Shown here piece after piece: positions 11,457 to 26,055 of a stretch of 64,000 nt of DNA (its first letter is position 1; every line of letters starts with the position of its first letter). The translations under genes were made by a program, and so were the position numbers. This stretch comes from Eledone cirrhosa. Its lineage: Eukaryota. Location: assembly GCA_964016885.1 (NCBI GenBank), contig CAXHJY010001040.1:35025-99024 (forward strand). Reading direction: 5' to 3'. The notes under the pieces were generated by a model. That model ran no database searches, had not been told where the DNA came from, and saw only the letters and a list, made by a program, of their open reading frames with translations.

Positions 11457-13158
11457 CAGGAGGCCTGGAAATGTTACTATGAAAGATTGATGAATATAAG
11501 AGAATGAATGGGAGGAAGAGAAACTACCCCCAACTTACCAGCTATTGAAGTTGATAGTTTTAGGATCAAAGATGCAATCAAGGAGATGAAAAATGGTAAA
11601 GATGCAGGACCATCATAAATAGTTACTGAGATGCTAAAAGCATCCGGAGAGGTAGGAGTCAAAATAGTAACCCATATAATAAATCAAGTAATACATGACG
11701 GAGGCATATCCAATGACTGACACAACAGTGCAATCATAAATTGCTACAAAGACAAAGGTGATGCTTTAGAAAGGAGAAACTATACAAGAATAAAACTAAT
11801 GGACCAAGTTATGAAAGTGACTGAAAGAGTTATAGTACAACTTATTAGGAAAAGAGCCAAAATAGAGGAGATACAGTTTGGTTTCATGCCTAGGAAAAGT
11901 ACTACAGATGCCCTCTTTTTAGTGAGGCAACTACAAGAGAAGTTCCTAGCCAAAAATAAACCACTATATTTAGCTTTTGTTGATCTAGAGAAGGCCTTTG
12001 ACAGAGTACCTCAATCTATTATCTGGTGGTCATTAAGGAAATTAGGTGTAGAAGAATGGCTTGTGAGAGCAGTGCAAGCTATGTAGAGAGGAGCTGCCAG
12101 TAAAGTGAGAGTAGGAAATGAGTTTAACGAGGCATTCAAGGTACGAGTAGGAGTTCAACAAGGTTCAATTCTTAGCCCACTGCTGTTCATCATAGTTCTT
12201 CAGGCCATAACAGAGGAGTTTAAAATGGTTTGCCAATGGGAACTTCTCTATGCAGATGATTTGGTCTTTATAGCTGAAACCAAAAAAGAGCTAGAAAATA
12301 AATTCCGACTATGGAAATTGAATTTGGAATGAAAAAGCCTGAGAGTAAACTTAGCCAAAACTAAAGTGCTAGTGAATAGGAGAGAAGACAGGACCAAGAT
12401 TACCTCAGGAAAGTGACCACGCTCAATATGCAGAAAAGGAGTAGACATAAACTCCATAGAATGTACAAAATTTAAATCTTGGGTACACAAAAGATGTAGT
12501 GGGATAACAAGTAGACTAACAGAAAGGGAGAACTTAGCTTGTAGAAGATGCACAGGAAAAATCAAGAGGAAAACTGCTAATAATATACACCTTTTCCAGT
12601 CACAGGAAGGATCCACAGATGTGGTTGATAGCTTTTGCTATCTAAGTGACCTAATTAGCAGTGTGCCGAGAGTATAATAGCTAGAATAAGGATAGGATTG
12701 AAAAAGTTTAGAGAACTGCTCCAACTGCTGACAACAAAAGCTTTCTCCCTATGTATAAAAAGAAGGCTGTATGATGCCTGTGTGCAGTGCACAAAGCTGC
12801 ATGGTAGTGAAATCTGGGCTGCGAGAGAAAGGCAGAGCTTGGGCAAGCTGAGAGAGAAGCTGGGTTTAAAGGGAATCCGAGATGGTGTGGAAGAGAGAAG
12901 ACTGTGTCGGTATCGACATGTGATGCACATGAACAATGACCGATGGGGGAAGAAATGCCAGGAAATCCCAGTGGAAGGAAGCTGCAATAGAGGACAAACA
13001 AGAAAGACCTGAGCAGAGGTTGTGAGAGCAAATCGCTAAGGCTGGCACAGGAGATGAAGAAAAAATGTAACAAGTAGAGAGATGCAGTGCTGAGATGGAG
13101 CCATCCAACCAATGCAAGCATGGAAAAGTGGATGTAAAAATGATGATGATGATGATGA
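11457..13158 (+). mobile_element. Decayed RTE LINE
   Basis: QFGFMP, FVDLEKAFDRVP, GVQQGSILSP and LLYADD motifs; (GAT)n tail. Confidence 0.9.
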
Positions 13159-14428
13159 AGGGATAAAAAAGATTGACATACTTTAGACCTAGTCATTCTG
13201 AAATATGTCATTCCTTTAATTCTAGATGATTAAATGAAGCCTAGACCTTCTAGTTAGCCAGAAGATGAGTAAGTGCCAATTGGCTAGACATTCTAGTTTC
13301 TCTAAGCTAAATTTAAATGACCTGAGAGAGAGACTGCTTTATGACATCCAGTCACTTTATGGCTGGAAATAAGAGAAAACTAGAGGAACTTATTACTCTG
13401 TTGTTTAAGTTATTCTAGATATGTATCACTGACAAAACTAACATCCAATTTTAGCTCCCAACAAATCAGCAAATTATACAGTACCATTAAAATGATACAT
13501 ACTCAGAACCATTCAAGTTAATGTAACCAAAACTATAAAATTGTATTAATTTTATGCATATTAGAAAAGACTACCTCAATGAGATGTGAATATTCTTGAT
13601 GAATGAGTGTGATTAGAATATTCTTCAGTTGGGAGAACCCAATTTCATTCAACAAAACCTGAATATCAACTGAATGATACATGAATTGTATACTAGGTCT
13701 AACAATATGTAACATCCAAATTGAATACGATATTCGGGAAAAAGTCACATGCTTGTTAGAATAACCCATACTCAAAACACATGCCAACTTCTGGCTCCAA
13801 TGAAGGTATATCTTCTCTGAACTTTTTTAACCTATTCATTACCATATTTCTAATGGAATACACTTTCCATGTGTTTCAAATAATTTTGAAAATAATCAAG
13901 AATTTAAAAGATTTAATAAAATATATTTTTCATTATTTATCTGTTTAAAATAAAATTTTCTCACCTAAAATTATGATGGAAGGTTTTTATATATATATAA
14001 ACTGTTTTCTTCTGTAGAACCAAAAACGGTTTCAGGTGATTTGATATCTATTGCTACAGCAATTGCTGCACCCTAAAATTCCTAAAAACTCTATTTAGAT
14101 GGAGTCACTTCTTAAACTTGTTTAATGCTCATGCCTCTGCTCCACATGTTATCCTCACTAGCTCACCTTCAAATCTCACTGTTGCTACTGGTTTCTTTTT
14201 CAAAAGTGTACAATACTGGAAAAATCCCTCTAGATAGCAACAATTTAAATCAAACAGCAATTTCATCTGTTTATTTTCCTATCACTAATTTAGGAGACTT
14301 AAAAGGGCCCTACTCCCATGAAATGAACAAAGGAATGAGATTTACTAATATGATCATTGAAAGATAAGTATGAAAATGAAAACAAAATATTAAAATAAGA
14401 TGTTTAATTAATTATTATCTATACTTAC

Positions 14429-14630
14429 CAGCAGATTCTGCTGCCTTGGCAAGGATTTCGATGTTTTGTATAAGTACAGGGTCTTCGTTAATGAAGGAAT
14501 GCATAGCTTCATCAAGCTGTTCAGCTAGATCCCTACCTGTGGAATCATTTCTTCTTTCAGAATGAGGCAAGTTGGGACTATTAAATGGAGTAGACATGTA
14601 TGAAGCTGTTGAAGATGACTGGAGGACATT
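14429..14630 (-). CDS. PEX19: PEX19 coding exon (NVLQSSS...DLAEQLDEAMHSFINEDPVLIQNIEILAKAAESA)
   Basis: Acceptor ttcttcag, donor G|gtaagt; 202 bp, phase 0-1. Encodes a PEX19-like central helix (AMxxxxxExPxLxxxxxxLxxAA). Confidence 0.88.
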
Positions 14631-16053
14631 CTGAAGAAGAAATTAAAACACCACTTTATTAAGATAGAAATAAAAAAAACTTAGATTTGATTACCACAGA
14701 ATACATTCATGTTTTGCTTTAACTGTGGTGAATAGACCTATACTCATAATAAAAAGATGAAATAAATAATCTGAAAAGCGATGCTACAGTAACGTAATTT
14801 TAGGTATGAACATGTTTCATATAGGTAATGTGGAGGGTGGTACCATACATTAGAATTAAGCACCAGTGAGCTGGTTGTAGCCAATTAAATACATTTATAT
14901 ACCTAAGATATTACAGATCGCCCAACCCGAGGCCTTTTTAACAATCATTTTCCATGAAGAGATCTTCAATCATTTGATTTTATTAGCTAAACCTCTCAAG
15001 TAAGCACCACTTAATACTATTTGTTTTTCTCACAATTCATTGGCTGAAAATATATAACTAATTTAGAATATTTCTTCAACCAATTCTTACTATCCATCTA
15101 CGCCCTGGTCCTCTTGAAGTTATTTTCAACATATACGCCATGCTGATATGACAAACACCTAACGTCTGTTTTCAAAGACATCAGTTCATCTTCCCTAAGT
15201 CTCTTTTAGATTGTGGATGTGTATATACTGATTTAGAACATATTTCAGCTTTTGCAGATCCTTTAGGTTTCACTATTATACACAGATCAAAGGTAATCAA
15301 TAATTAGAAACACTGTTGATATAATTATCTTGTTTGCAATGTCAGAATCTCTGCCTTCCATGACTTGTATATACACTAATTGTTAAAATATCGATGCATC
15401 TTAACTGCATATCTTGTATAATTTATAACAATTTGTATCTACTAACTAAAATTTTAGACTTATATTAATATCTTTTTTTCCTCATCATTGATGATTGCAA
15501 TGAATTGCCAGAGTCATTACAGCAAGGAATTAAATGACTTTGCATTCTGCGCTCAAATTTGCCTGTAATCTTTTCAGGGTCAATAAATAAAGTACCAATC
15601 CAGTGCCAATGGATTGGCAGAATTATCATTGAGTCAGTGATGATGCTTTGCAGTATCTGTTTTAGCTCTGTGCAAATTGACTCTAAATTCCTGTAATGTT
15701 TCTGCAAGGAGTTGAAATCAGCAGATAGTATCAGCAATGGTACGATCAATGGAAAGATAATTTTTTTGCTCTGATCTGACAATCAGCTCTTTCCTGTTCT
15801 TTGGTTATTTGCAAGAGACTCACGGTAAATTTTATAAGAAATGACGAAAACAATTGGTCAGAATCAGGTTCTGTATTGAATTAGTTGATAATAGCCAGAT
15901 GCCAAAAACAAATTTGAATATCACAATCAGCAGAAATACAAATTGGATTGTAAAATCAGTGTGCAAAGAACTTATCTCTGCTGCCATTGAGAATCTATTT
16001 CTCAAAAATAAATAAATAACAAGAAATAATGCACTTTTAACATGAAAACTTAC

Positions 16054-16172
16054 TTTTAATACTTCTGAAGTTGCTGTGCCAGCGGTTGGCGCTTGAGTAT
16101 CAGTAACATTATCTGCTAATGCTGAAGTAGCATAGCCAGTTTCTGTAGCTGGTTCAAAGTCTTGCAATGCAC
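16054..16172 (-). CDS. PEX19: PEX19 coding exon 2 (xALQDFEPATETGY...SEVLK)
   Basis: Acceptor atttatag, donor AAA|gtaagt; 119 bp, phase 1-0. ALQDF matches the SALxDF PEX3-binding motif. Confidence 0.85.
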
Positions 16173-16497
16173 CTATAAATCAAATTAAAAAAAAACAAAT
16201 AGAATCTAGAAATAATCACAGGAAAATATTTTATTCATAAATAAAAACATCAAAATCAACTATATATGAAAGAAAAATTTAAGATATTTCATTAAGACTT
16301 ACCGTATATACTCAAATATAAGCCAATGCGAATATAAGCTGACCCCTCACTATTTTACGTCTGAGAAATAGGCAAAAATCCAAACTCCGTTTATAAGCCG
16401 TTTAGATGGCACAGTTTTGAAATTCTTATAAGTGGAGAATATAATTTATGAAGTTTAAATATTTTGATATTTAAAATGTTTTAAGTAGTATTTAGAG

Positions 16498-16801
16498 CAG
16501 GGGTGTGCAACATATTCCATTGGCGGGCCACTTTTGAACATTGGAACAATTATTAGGGCCATTAATATTCATTAAGCACTATTCCAAAGATTCACTACAA
16601 CTTCTTTCCATAACTTGTAACTGCAAAATTATAACACACATAACCCTATCAGTGAAGCCCTTTAGAATAGGTCAACTAACAGAAAATTGTATTATGGTTA
16701 TGAAAAAAATTCTAAATAAGCCTACAAGGTAAAAATTAAAAATGGTCATTGCAGTCCACTCTGACCTGGTCGGGGGGGTTGTGGCCCGTGGGCCGCCCCT
16801 G
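16498..16801. mobile_element. hAT-type MITE
   Basis: CAGGGG...CCCCTG termini with a perfect 8-bp TSD ATTTAGAG (16490-16497 and 16802-16809). Confidence 0.85.
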
Positions 16802-16933
16802 ATTTAGAGCATAGGTTTTGTTTCACAACTCCAATATGTAAAGATTTTTTTTTTACTAATTTCCAACTGTTTTGAAGGCCATATTCATTCCAAAATTATC
16901 AAATACAAATTTCACATTAAAAGTGAAACCTTC

Positions 16934-17020
16934 AAAGTGATACTGGTGTAATATTCAAGTCTAAAGTGATACTGGTGTAATATTCACATCCAAAGTGATA
17001 CTGGTGTAATAGTCACTTCC
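16934..17020. repeat. 3 x 29-bp tandem repeat
   Basis: Three copies of AAAGTGATACTGGTGTAATA(T/G)TCA plus a short variable end. Confidence 0.85.
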
Positions 17021-20000
17021 AAAAATATTTTAGCACCTCATTTACAAAGAATTCTGAAGTTGTATATGAGCCGACCCCCACCCCACACACGCACAATGCG
17101 CCCAGAGTGAGAAATATTATTTTTTTGAAGTTTTTCCTATCGTTTATTGCAAATTTTCTGTTGAATAAGCCTTTAGAGAGAAGAAGCTAAAAAGATTGTG
17201 TCTGTAGAATTTTATGATAATCTAAAGTTAATAATTTTGCAGTTCTTTTACACAAAAATTAGTTTAACAAAAATCCACAAAATATCTTGAAAATCATCCA
17301 AAGTGAAAAGGCCATAAAATACCAAAGCCAGTAAACCAGAGATTAAATTGGCACTTTTCTGAAAGATAATTTATTGAATTTTACCCTGCTAAGTGTAGTT
17401 TTCTAAACAAGTCTAAAAAATCAAAAAAAAAAAATCAGGTAACTCTTAGAGCAAAAATTGAATAAGTTCATTACAACGAACAATTACATTTCTAAGAAAG
17501 TCTTTGGAAAACCAAAATTTTAAAAATTTCACATTATTCCACACTATGAAATTAATACTTTCTGGAATCCTCTGGCTATGGGGGACTTTCAAGCAAAAAT
17601 TCAGTTAAAAGGACTTAAAAGCTGAAGTTTTATGCTGACTTGAATGTTCTTTGTCGGGGCTTGTAACAGATCAGTTCCCCGTGAAAATAATGCATACTTT
17701 TATGTTAAGCCACACTTTTGTTTGATGGCACCCAATAAAATGATACTCAAATGGGTTGAAATGTTTAATATAGATATTTAGAGACATTTCATTATCCCAG
17801 TGTCTAATTTAGGGTAGTCAAGTGCTTTTGGCACTGTCATCAAGAACACATTGTGCTGGCCAAACACAGTTCATGTCTAAAACACTGAAATTAGAGAGGC
17901 AACTCCATCTAAAATAGTCACCATAAGATAGGGACTTGATGTTGAGCAATAATTGACATTTAGAAATAATATAGAGGATTTGCAGTAATCAATACATATG
18001 TAGGAGAACTTAGAAAAGATTACACATTTTGAAACTGAATGCATATATCAGGACAGACTGTTAAACTAATACAAAGATAAAATGTTCTAGTGCTCTACAA
18101 GTTCAATACTCAATGTCTATGTAAAATATAATTTTGCTTTCCTCTTGCATTGAAACTGAAACATTTCTTCACAAATGGAGCAGCTAGGGCAAGGTCTTTT
18201 TGATGAAATTTCCAGATGAGACATAAGCATCCTTTGAAAGATGTCCTGAATGTTGTCTTTGACTGAAAGCTAGGGAGATCTTGCAGCTGCCCCACTCTGG
18301 AATGACCTATTGTGTTTATTCCAACTTTCAAATGGACTTTCATTCCATTTCGTATTTGACTGCCCACCATTCAAAAAGTTCCCAGCTATAAGCACACATT
18401 TGAAGGAATGATGGAATGAAGAAGTCTCTCTCATCAAGAAATGAGTTTTTTAGGTGTAACACTAAATCTATCCCAAGTACCGTCAGTCTGTCAGACCTTA
18501 TCTTCTCATTCACTGATTGTGTGACATGGTCATTGGTCACAGACAAGAATATTTCATAATTGTCCTTGTCTTCCTGGTTCAAAATGAGAAAACATATTTT
18601 TGGAGATTTTCAGACTGAAAAATCAGTCAACCAATGGTCCCGTATTGGTGTTCCCACCTATTTCATTGAGTGAGTCCAATAGCATTCCAATAGTTGACCT
18701 GATATGGTCAATGCACTGTAGCTTAGCATGCTGAATAAACTGCTATAGATTTCAAGCTTAACCCCATGTTTTTTTAACAGCAACCAAGTGATACAAAATC
18801 TAATGATCTCAGTTTGAAGTGAAGGACTGAGAAACAATGCAAATCTGATTTTATAATGTTTTCATGGCACTGACCCTGCCTTTCACTGCTAGAATATGAT
18901 ATCTCATCAGCCACCAATTTTTCCTATGCTTCCTTGCAGGAAATATAATCTTTTATTATCTGGAATCCATCAGATATTAAATGAAGTATCATTTGCATCA
19001 ACTTGTGTGGGTGGCATTGCATAAATGACAATGCACCACTGTCATCTTGAAGAAAAGATACCATCTTGCCATCAATCATTGAACACTGTTTTCCAAAGAA
19101 AGCTCAAGTTCTACAGACAGCACATCTCAATCCTCTATAGCTCATACCAATGAAACTGGACGAGCAATCACTGTTTGGAACATGGTTAGTCCAAATAACG
19201 TTATTAGCCAGCCGTAATTCTAATGAGTAATAACATGACAATATAAATGAGGTCTTTTTTGTTGGGTCCAGAATGCCATGGAGAAACACTCCTTCTCTAA
19301 GTATGCCAAATCCATCCCTGTGAAGTAATTGATAACATTTTCAAATCTAATTCATTTATTTTCTCACCTACCATAAATTACAGCTATTAAACAATTTTAG
19401 CAGCAAATTCCCCAAAAAGAAATCAAGTTATATCTTCAAAATTAGATGCTTCCTTTGAATAGTTTTAACTCCACCAGTTGCAGCTTGACAAAATGCTTCC
19501 AAGCTATTAACAACTTCTCTGTCGCGATTTTTTTTATGGAGATATGAATTTATTCTAAAATTTGGCATTCTGGGTGCACTGTGCCCCATTTTACGCTTAA
19601 TTTTTTGTCACATAAGTTTGCATTATAGATCCTGAACTTTAAAATTCTTCGCTTTAATTTTAAATCCACTTTTTATCAAAGAGAGCAGCTTTTTATATAT
19701 AAATAAAATATCATTTCATGCAATTTTATCATGCAACCTAACAAACCTAGGATTTAATAGTGTTTGTTCATTGGTCTGAAGAATATATCCACTATGTGGT
19801 CTTTATAATATTCATTTTGATTTATTCTGCCATTTGTTTATTTATTTGCCTATGAATATACACAAAAGCTAGTCCCAAAATCAATTTTTTTAAATATCCA
19901 GGGTGTAAGTGTAAGTTTACGAACACAGTCTGTAAATTAATTCCATACATTCCAAACTCTCCAATAAATCACACAAAAAATAAAAAATAAATAATAGATA

Positions 20001-20755
20001 ATAAACAAAAAAGTACAATATTAAGTCTAAACCCCACAAAAATAGCATAAATTAGAAATTATATTTTGAACTTTTAAACCTGTTGCTCTATACTTATTTT
20101 ATTAATGACATGCCCCTTAAGACTGCTTCTGTATCTAATTCAATAATTATTTCTTGAAATTAGCTCTAATAATCAACCATGCTATGGAATCGCAAGGTCT
20201 GGGAGTTAAACTGCAGTTATGGCTTCAAAAGGAACTCTTTGGAATTCTATCACATGCACAATTTCTTGTAATATACCAATAATATATCAATACTTTATTG
20301 ATCTACTCAAAAGTTGTATGCCCATAATCTCTTTTCATGTCTAACATTTGAAAGAAATAGCTATTAAGAGACCATCCTGACCCATTTTAATGACCTACAA
20401 CTGCTTAAAGTTAAAAATATATAATTTTTTGAATCAACAAATTTGATAGCTTCTAAAAGTTATAAATGCCATAAAAACTAATAAAACTAGTCAGATTTTG
20501 TTAATTTGGTGTGTACAAGAAACCCTAATGTTTGAATATAAGAACAAGATAAATAGATGAACCTCAGCAGCTGTGATTTTACTAGCTTTGGTTAAAATAT
20601 GCTTAAAACTGATGTACTTAAAAAGTCAATAACTGGGGTAACAGAAAGCAAACACAGAGCATGTAAAAGAAATTATAAAATTCCTCCAAATCAAAATAAC
20701 TGAAACAGTTAAAATTATTACTTGAGCTTTGAATTAATCAACAGAAAAATAGTAA

Positions 20756-21290
20756 TCATAATTATAATAAAGGGAGAAGTGCGGGACTGCGTCCCGAATA
20801 TATTTTATTATCCCATTAGTAAAATAAGTTAGATTACTTTGAATAAATAATGAATGAATATTACATAATTTATCTACTAAATTTCAAAGCTGTTGATTAA
20901 ACATAAATATTCTTATATATAATGATTGCTTATTTTAAGATTCAGTTTTTAAAATTTTCAAATGTCTACACTTCTGGTTAGTGTTCGTTATATCATAACA
21001 CTTATTACATTGCTTATATAAACATCCATATATTTGCATCGTTATATAAGGTTTCATTACATTTCACCATAATGCAGTTTATATATAATATCGTCTTTTT
21101 TAAATGTATCATGGATTACTTTACTGATTACAGAAGAGAGTGTAACACAGTCTCTCTTCAATTTCTGTGCATATTATCAATTATGATTTTATTTGACATA
21201 TATCTACATGCATGTATATTTGCATATAATATAAATATGCACACTACACATGCTAGCAGAAAACCACTCTAAGGGTGGTTTTTCTGCTAG
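20756..21290 (+). mobile_element. Possible short non-autonomous Helitron
   Basis: A|TC ATAATTATAATAAAG start and a palindromic CTAGCAGAAAACC..GGTTTTTCTGCTAG|T end. Confidence 0.45.
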
Positions 21291-21877
21291 TTTAACTATA
21301 AGGATTACTATAAAATAGTTCTTTACCTAATTTACAGCCAATCTACGATGGCTGTGACAGGCTCTCTACCTACAACCTTGTCACTCTGGGAACTGCCACC
21401 CATAACACAGAGGAGAGGAAAATAGCTATATTCCAGGACATGACCAGCTGCTTCCTTTTCGTGCTGGTATCCCCAGTCTCGGAACTGCCATTTTCCACTA
21501 CAAAATTCCCTTTTAATTTTTTTTTTATTACAAACAGTATAATTTCATTGAAATTTGTTGAATAAAGATTTTCTTTTCTACTACTTAAATGTTATTTTCA
21601 TTGATGGAATCTTTTGTTACACTGTTCCATTTAATTCAAATTCTCCAGCTGTAAAAAATATTTTTAAGATAAAAAAAAATTCTAAATGTTTGTAAAATGT
21701 ATCCTAAAATACTTAAATATTCAGAGTGAAATTTCTTTTTTTAGATTTTATTAAAAAATTTCTTCAGAAACCATAGGATATAAATACTGAAAACAGGTAA
21801 AGCATTTTCTATGCCGAAAGAAAGAAATATTTATCAAGTAATTTCCTATGTTATGAAAAATTCTAGATGTTTTCTTT

Positions 21878-21911
<34 letters not shown>

Positions 21912-22128
21912 AAAAATATTTTCAAAATATTTATATCAACAAAAAAAAAAAAAAGTTATAAAAATAACCAATTTCGATATTCGATATTCTTGATAGAAAA
22001 ATTCACTCAAATTGTAAGCAAAACAACAACAAAAAAAGAATTAAATCCATAAACAAAAATTAAATACGTTTCCCAATATTTTGAAACAATGCATAAAAGC
22101 TATAATACAATCTAGTTGGTGACAAATA

Positions 22129-22447
22129 TCTCCTTATAATATATAACCAGCAATTTCTCTGTCTGTCTGTCCGTGGAAACACGTGTGCGTGTGCGAATGT
22201 TTTTTGCGCACGCGTAGAGAGAGAGTGAAAGAAAGAGACAGACTACGAGAGGGGGATAGCGGGAGGGAGAGAGAGAGAGTGAATAGACGCTAAAACACGT
22301 GCGCGCGTGCGAATGTTTTTTGCGCACGCGTAGAGAGAGAGTGAGAGTGAAAGAAAGAGACAGACTACAAGAGGGGGATAGCGGGAGGGAGAGAGGGGGG
22401 AATTGAGGAGTGCTACAGAAACATATATACATTTCTGTGTGTGTGTA

Positions 22448-22478
<31 letters not shown>

Positions 22479-22619
22479 GAAATATATATACATTTCTGTG
22501 TGTGTAATATATATATATATATATATATATACACGCACACAGAAATATATATACATTTCTGTGTGTGTAATATATATATATACTAGCAGAAAACCGCCCG
22601 ATGGGCTGTTTTCTGCTAG
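22129..22619 (+). mobile_element. Non-autonomous Helitron-like element
   Basis: A|TC start, (TCTG)n, internal ~125-bp and ~60-bp tandem units, palindromic CTAG end. Same 5' sequence as the 33934 element. Confidence 0.65.
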
Positions 22620-25508
22620 TCTATATATATAAAACAGAAGATGTCTGTCTGTCTGTCTGTCTGTTTGTGTAACCGCATGCATTTCTACATTTTACAACCG
22701 ATTTGCACCAAATTTCATACATAGGGTTCTGAAATCCGATTACGCGTCATAGGCTATTTTATTTTTCCGTACATCGATTGGAGACGGGGGGGGGGGGGCA
22801 GTAAACCGACTTGATGAATGTTGAAGTTGATATCAATCAATGCAACAAAACGTCATAACTGCTTGAGTTGGTATTTGGTTTTCACGAAGCGAGACGTATT
22901 GCTTACCCATGGCTTATAAAGGAAGGTGAACACATGAACTTTTACTTGAACTTATCAAGGGGACCCCGGGAGGCGTAAGCCCCTTCGACTTATCTATTGA
23001 AGTTCACATTAAGACTGTATTAGTACCTGATAACTTTTGAAGTTTACATTCGATCTTCGTTTTCACTTTCAAAACAATAATCATTGTCGGATGAAATTTC
23101 AGAAATGTACACATCTAATTTATTTGAAGATATCTCACTAATATTATCTTTTGTTTCTTGTTCATTTTGAATGTCGTCGTGTGTAAAAACTTCAAAGTTG
23201 GTATCGTTACTTTCACAAGCCATGTTGATACAAACAAAAAATCTGTTCTAATTTCAACGTGTTGTTTTAAGTTGTTTCACTATATTAAGAGTTAATTTTT
23301 GTGGTAAGGGCCTAATCTCGCAGTAATCTCGAATTGACGAGATTTTGATGACGGTATTGTTTATTTTAGAACGATATTTAAGTGTGGGTGTTATGGCCGG
23401 TTTGAACAAATGAAGGGGAAATAATTTCGGCCGGTTTGAATACTATAGGGTTAAAGGAGATTTAGTTAATGTGTTTATGGTCATAAGGTTCCAGTTTATC
23501 ATGCTGTGATTTTTCGGCCATTTTTGCCTGTATCCTTTCAATGGTTAGTACTTACTTATTGCTATGTTCGAACTGAACAAACAAACTGACACTTATATAC
23601 CTACCACTGTAGCCACACTATTTAATTTCCTTTGTCACAGGTAGTCCGTACACTGCGTTGTCCGTAACTTAAAACCTGAAATTTGATTGGTACACAAAAT
23701 CTTGCAAAACATACCCACTTTCTCAGACCACATAGATTTATCACATTTTTTCACAATTTATATCCGTGTTTAGATTTGCTTACTTAAACGTTATTTGTCC
23801 ACTATTTATGGTTCTCCCTGGTTAATTTTCTAAAAACAATGCCCCTCAAGAAAAGAACTTTCATTGGCCGAATATTTAATGATGCAAGTAGGTCTAAGCG
23901 AAGGCGTCTCACCGAAGATGTAAATGCGACTGCGATCAGGCTCTCGCAGAACGCTGTCCAGACGGCAGCTGCAAGAACGGAGGAGGATGACAGTTGGCGT
24001 GAACTTTGATGGAACAAAGATGCTGTCGCGACTGCTGCTACTCGCGTGCGAGAGGATGAGGACAACGCGCCGTTCGATGAAGTAGGGACGCCACTGCAAC
24101 ATCCGCTGCTCGCGCTCGAGAGGATGAAGGACGACGCGCCGTTCGATGAAGCAGGGATGCCACTGTTGCTGCACGAAATACTGAAACTATAGAGCAACGA
24201 CGTGGCCGACTTCTGCAAAGTGAACAGCGGCGATCATCGTTACGTGACATTTCTAGGGCTTGCAATTCATGATGGTTGTTGAAGGCCTTTAACTACGACC
24301 CCTCCTCCGACTACGCTGTGCTTGCCTGGAAACCTGCATGTCTACAAGTCCCTTGACTCTATGGCTGATCCGGACAAAGTTAATTACCCTCCCGGATTGC
24401 CACCACACTTACTGTGACTTAAGAAAGGTGCCCCTGTTATGCTCCTCAGGAATTTGGAACTCCGAAGGCTTTCCAACGGCACACGTCTGGTTGTCCAAAA
24501 GGCGATGCCTCATGTTATTGAGGCAACAATACTTACAGGATGTGGTAAGGGGGATACTGTCTTCATACCAAGGATACCTCTCATTCCTTCCGGTAAAGAC
24601 ATTCCTTTCACATTCAGAAGGCTGCAATTCCCTCTCCGGCTCAGTTTCGCCATGTTGATTAACAAATCACAGGGTCAGACATTGACGGTCGTAGGGCTTA
24701 ATTTAGAAGAACCGTTCTTCTTCCATGATCAGCTATATGTTGGCTGCTCTCGAGTGGGGAGCCGACATAACCTATTTGCTTTTGCAACTCGCGAGAAAAC
24801 CCAAAATATAGTCTATAAGGAAGTTTTTTAGGCACCCCATCCGCCAACAAGTAATCACTGTTTTTTTTTTGTATAAGTGCTTATATTTGCTGTATCCATG
24901 TGCTATTTTTGTCCTTTTTGACAATACCACGTACGCCTCTGAGGTTGCTTTTGCTATACGTTATAAATGTTCAATGTCTCTGTTTTCCGCATTTATATGT
25001 TGCTATTACACTTTGCAATCGATGTTCCGTAGTTTTAACTTAATTAATCTACTTTTCCCTACATCTTATTTACACATTTTTTTGACATTCCAGCGTGATC
25101 TTGCCAAGGCCGTTTTTGTGGCCACCGATTGTTACATGCTTTTCTATGTTACCATCTCAAATAACAAGCAAAGCAAATACGACACACCAAAGTGGTGTGA
25201 AGGACTTCTTAAGGACCACCACCTCTAATCGGAGTTGTTTTTGCTGACAGCTCTGCCGCTGGGACTTTTAAGATTGAACGATCCAAGGCTCTCTTTAGGG
25301 CCACCAACTTTAAATTGTTACCATCAGATTTGTCTTTGCTGGCAGCACCGCCGCAGAGATATTTCAAAGTGATTGTTCAAAGGCCCTCTTTAGGGCCAAC
25401 ACCTATAAATTGTTACTTCTATAGTCGTGTTTAATGGAAGTCTTTTGGTTCATTTGAACAACTACTCCATTGAGAGTTATACAGGGCAACGCCGGGTACC
25501 TCTGCTAG
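22620..25508 (+). mobile_element. Internally deleted Helitron (RepHel N-terminus + helicase C-terminus)
   Basis: 5' TC TATATATATAAAA followed by (TCTG)n; 3' GGGCAACGCCGGGTA...CTAG|T; Pif1-like helicase motifs at 24390-24831. Confidence 0.88.
24390..24831 (+). pseudogene. Helitron Pif1-family helicase C-terminal fragment
   Basis: MLLRNL...LSNGTRL...IPRIPL...RRLQFPLRLSFAMLINKSQGQTL...QLYVGCSRV. Confidence 0.92.
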
Positions 25509-26055
25509 TATTTTATAAACTGACTAGACTGTAAATGGACTAACTTAGTAAAAATTAATATTTCAAAATATTAATCAGAATATAAGTAAGTCAGTTTTCA
25601 TTTGAGCAACAAAGATGAATTGTAAACTGGGGTATGATATGTTTACTTGAGTGAGAAAAAAATGAGTGCTTGCATGAATATATTAACCATTTCATTAACA
25701 TATTTCTAATGAAAAACACTGCTTATGATTTACATATGATTTTGAAAATAATAAAGATTCTAGAGGAATTTAGCAATATAACTAACTGTATCATTATTAA
25801 GCTGGTGTTTGAAACATAACTTATGAATTTTCTTAAAATTATGATGGAAGGTTTTAGATAAATATAAAAACCTTAAAATAAACAGTCTTGTATCATAAAA
25901 CAAGAAGGCAGTTTCGGGCAGTTTGGTAACAAGAGTTAAATAGAAGAAAGAAAAAAAAAAGGAAAAAAGTATGTTAACAATTAACTCATTTTTATAAACA
26001 TATAATATTGACTTTAGATTTTTACAATAAAATGGTGTAGAGGCTATATAATAAT

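Noticed and set aside
16934-17020. 29-bp repeats resembling a CRISPR array
   Set aside because: Head-to-tail units with no unique spacers, no cas genes, eukaryotic context.
16302-17080. Tc1/pogo-like end (TA|CCGTATATACTC) and hAT-like end at 7778 (CAGTGGCGTAGC)
   Set aside because: Matching opposite termini and TSDs were not found, so element boundaries cannot be supported.
21328-21498. Exon-like minus-strand segment with AG/GT boundaries
   Set aside because: The frames I read contain stops and show no PEX19 similarity; at most a non-coding exon.
24439-24831. Host PIF1 helicase gene
   Set aside because: An intronless fragment between Helitron termini; transposon-derived.
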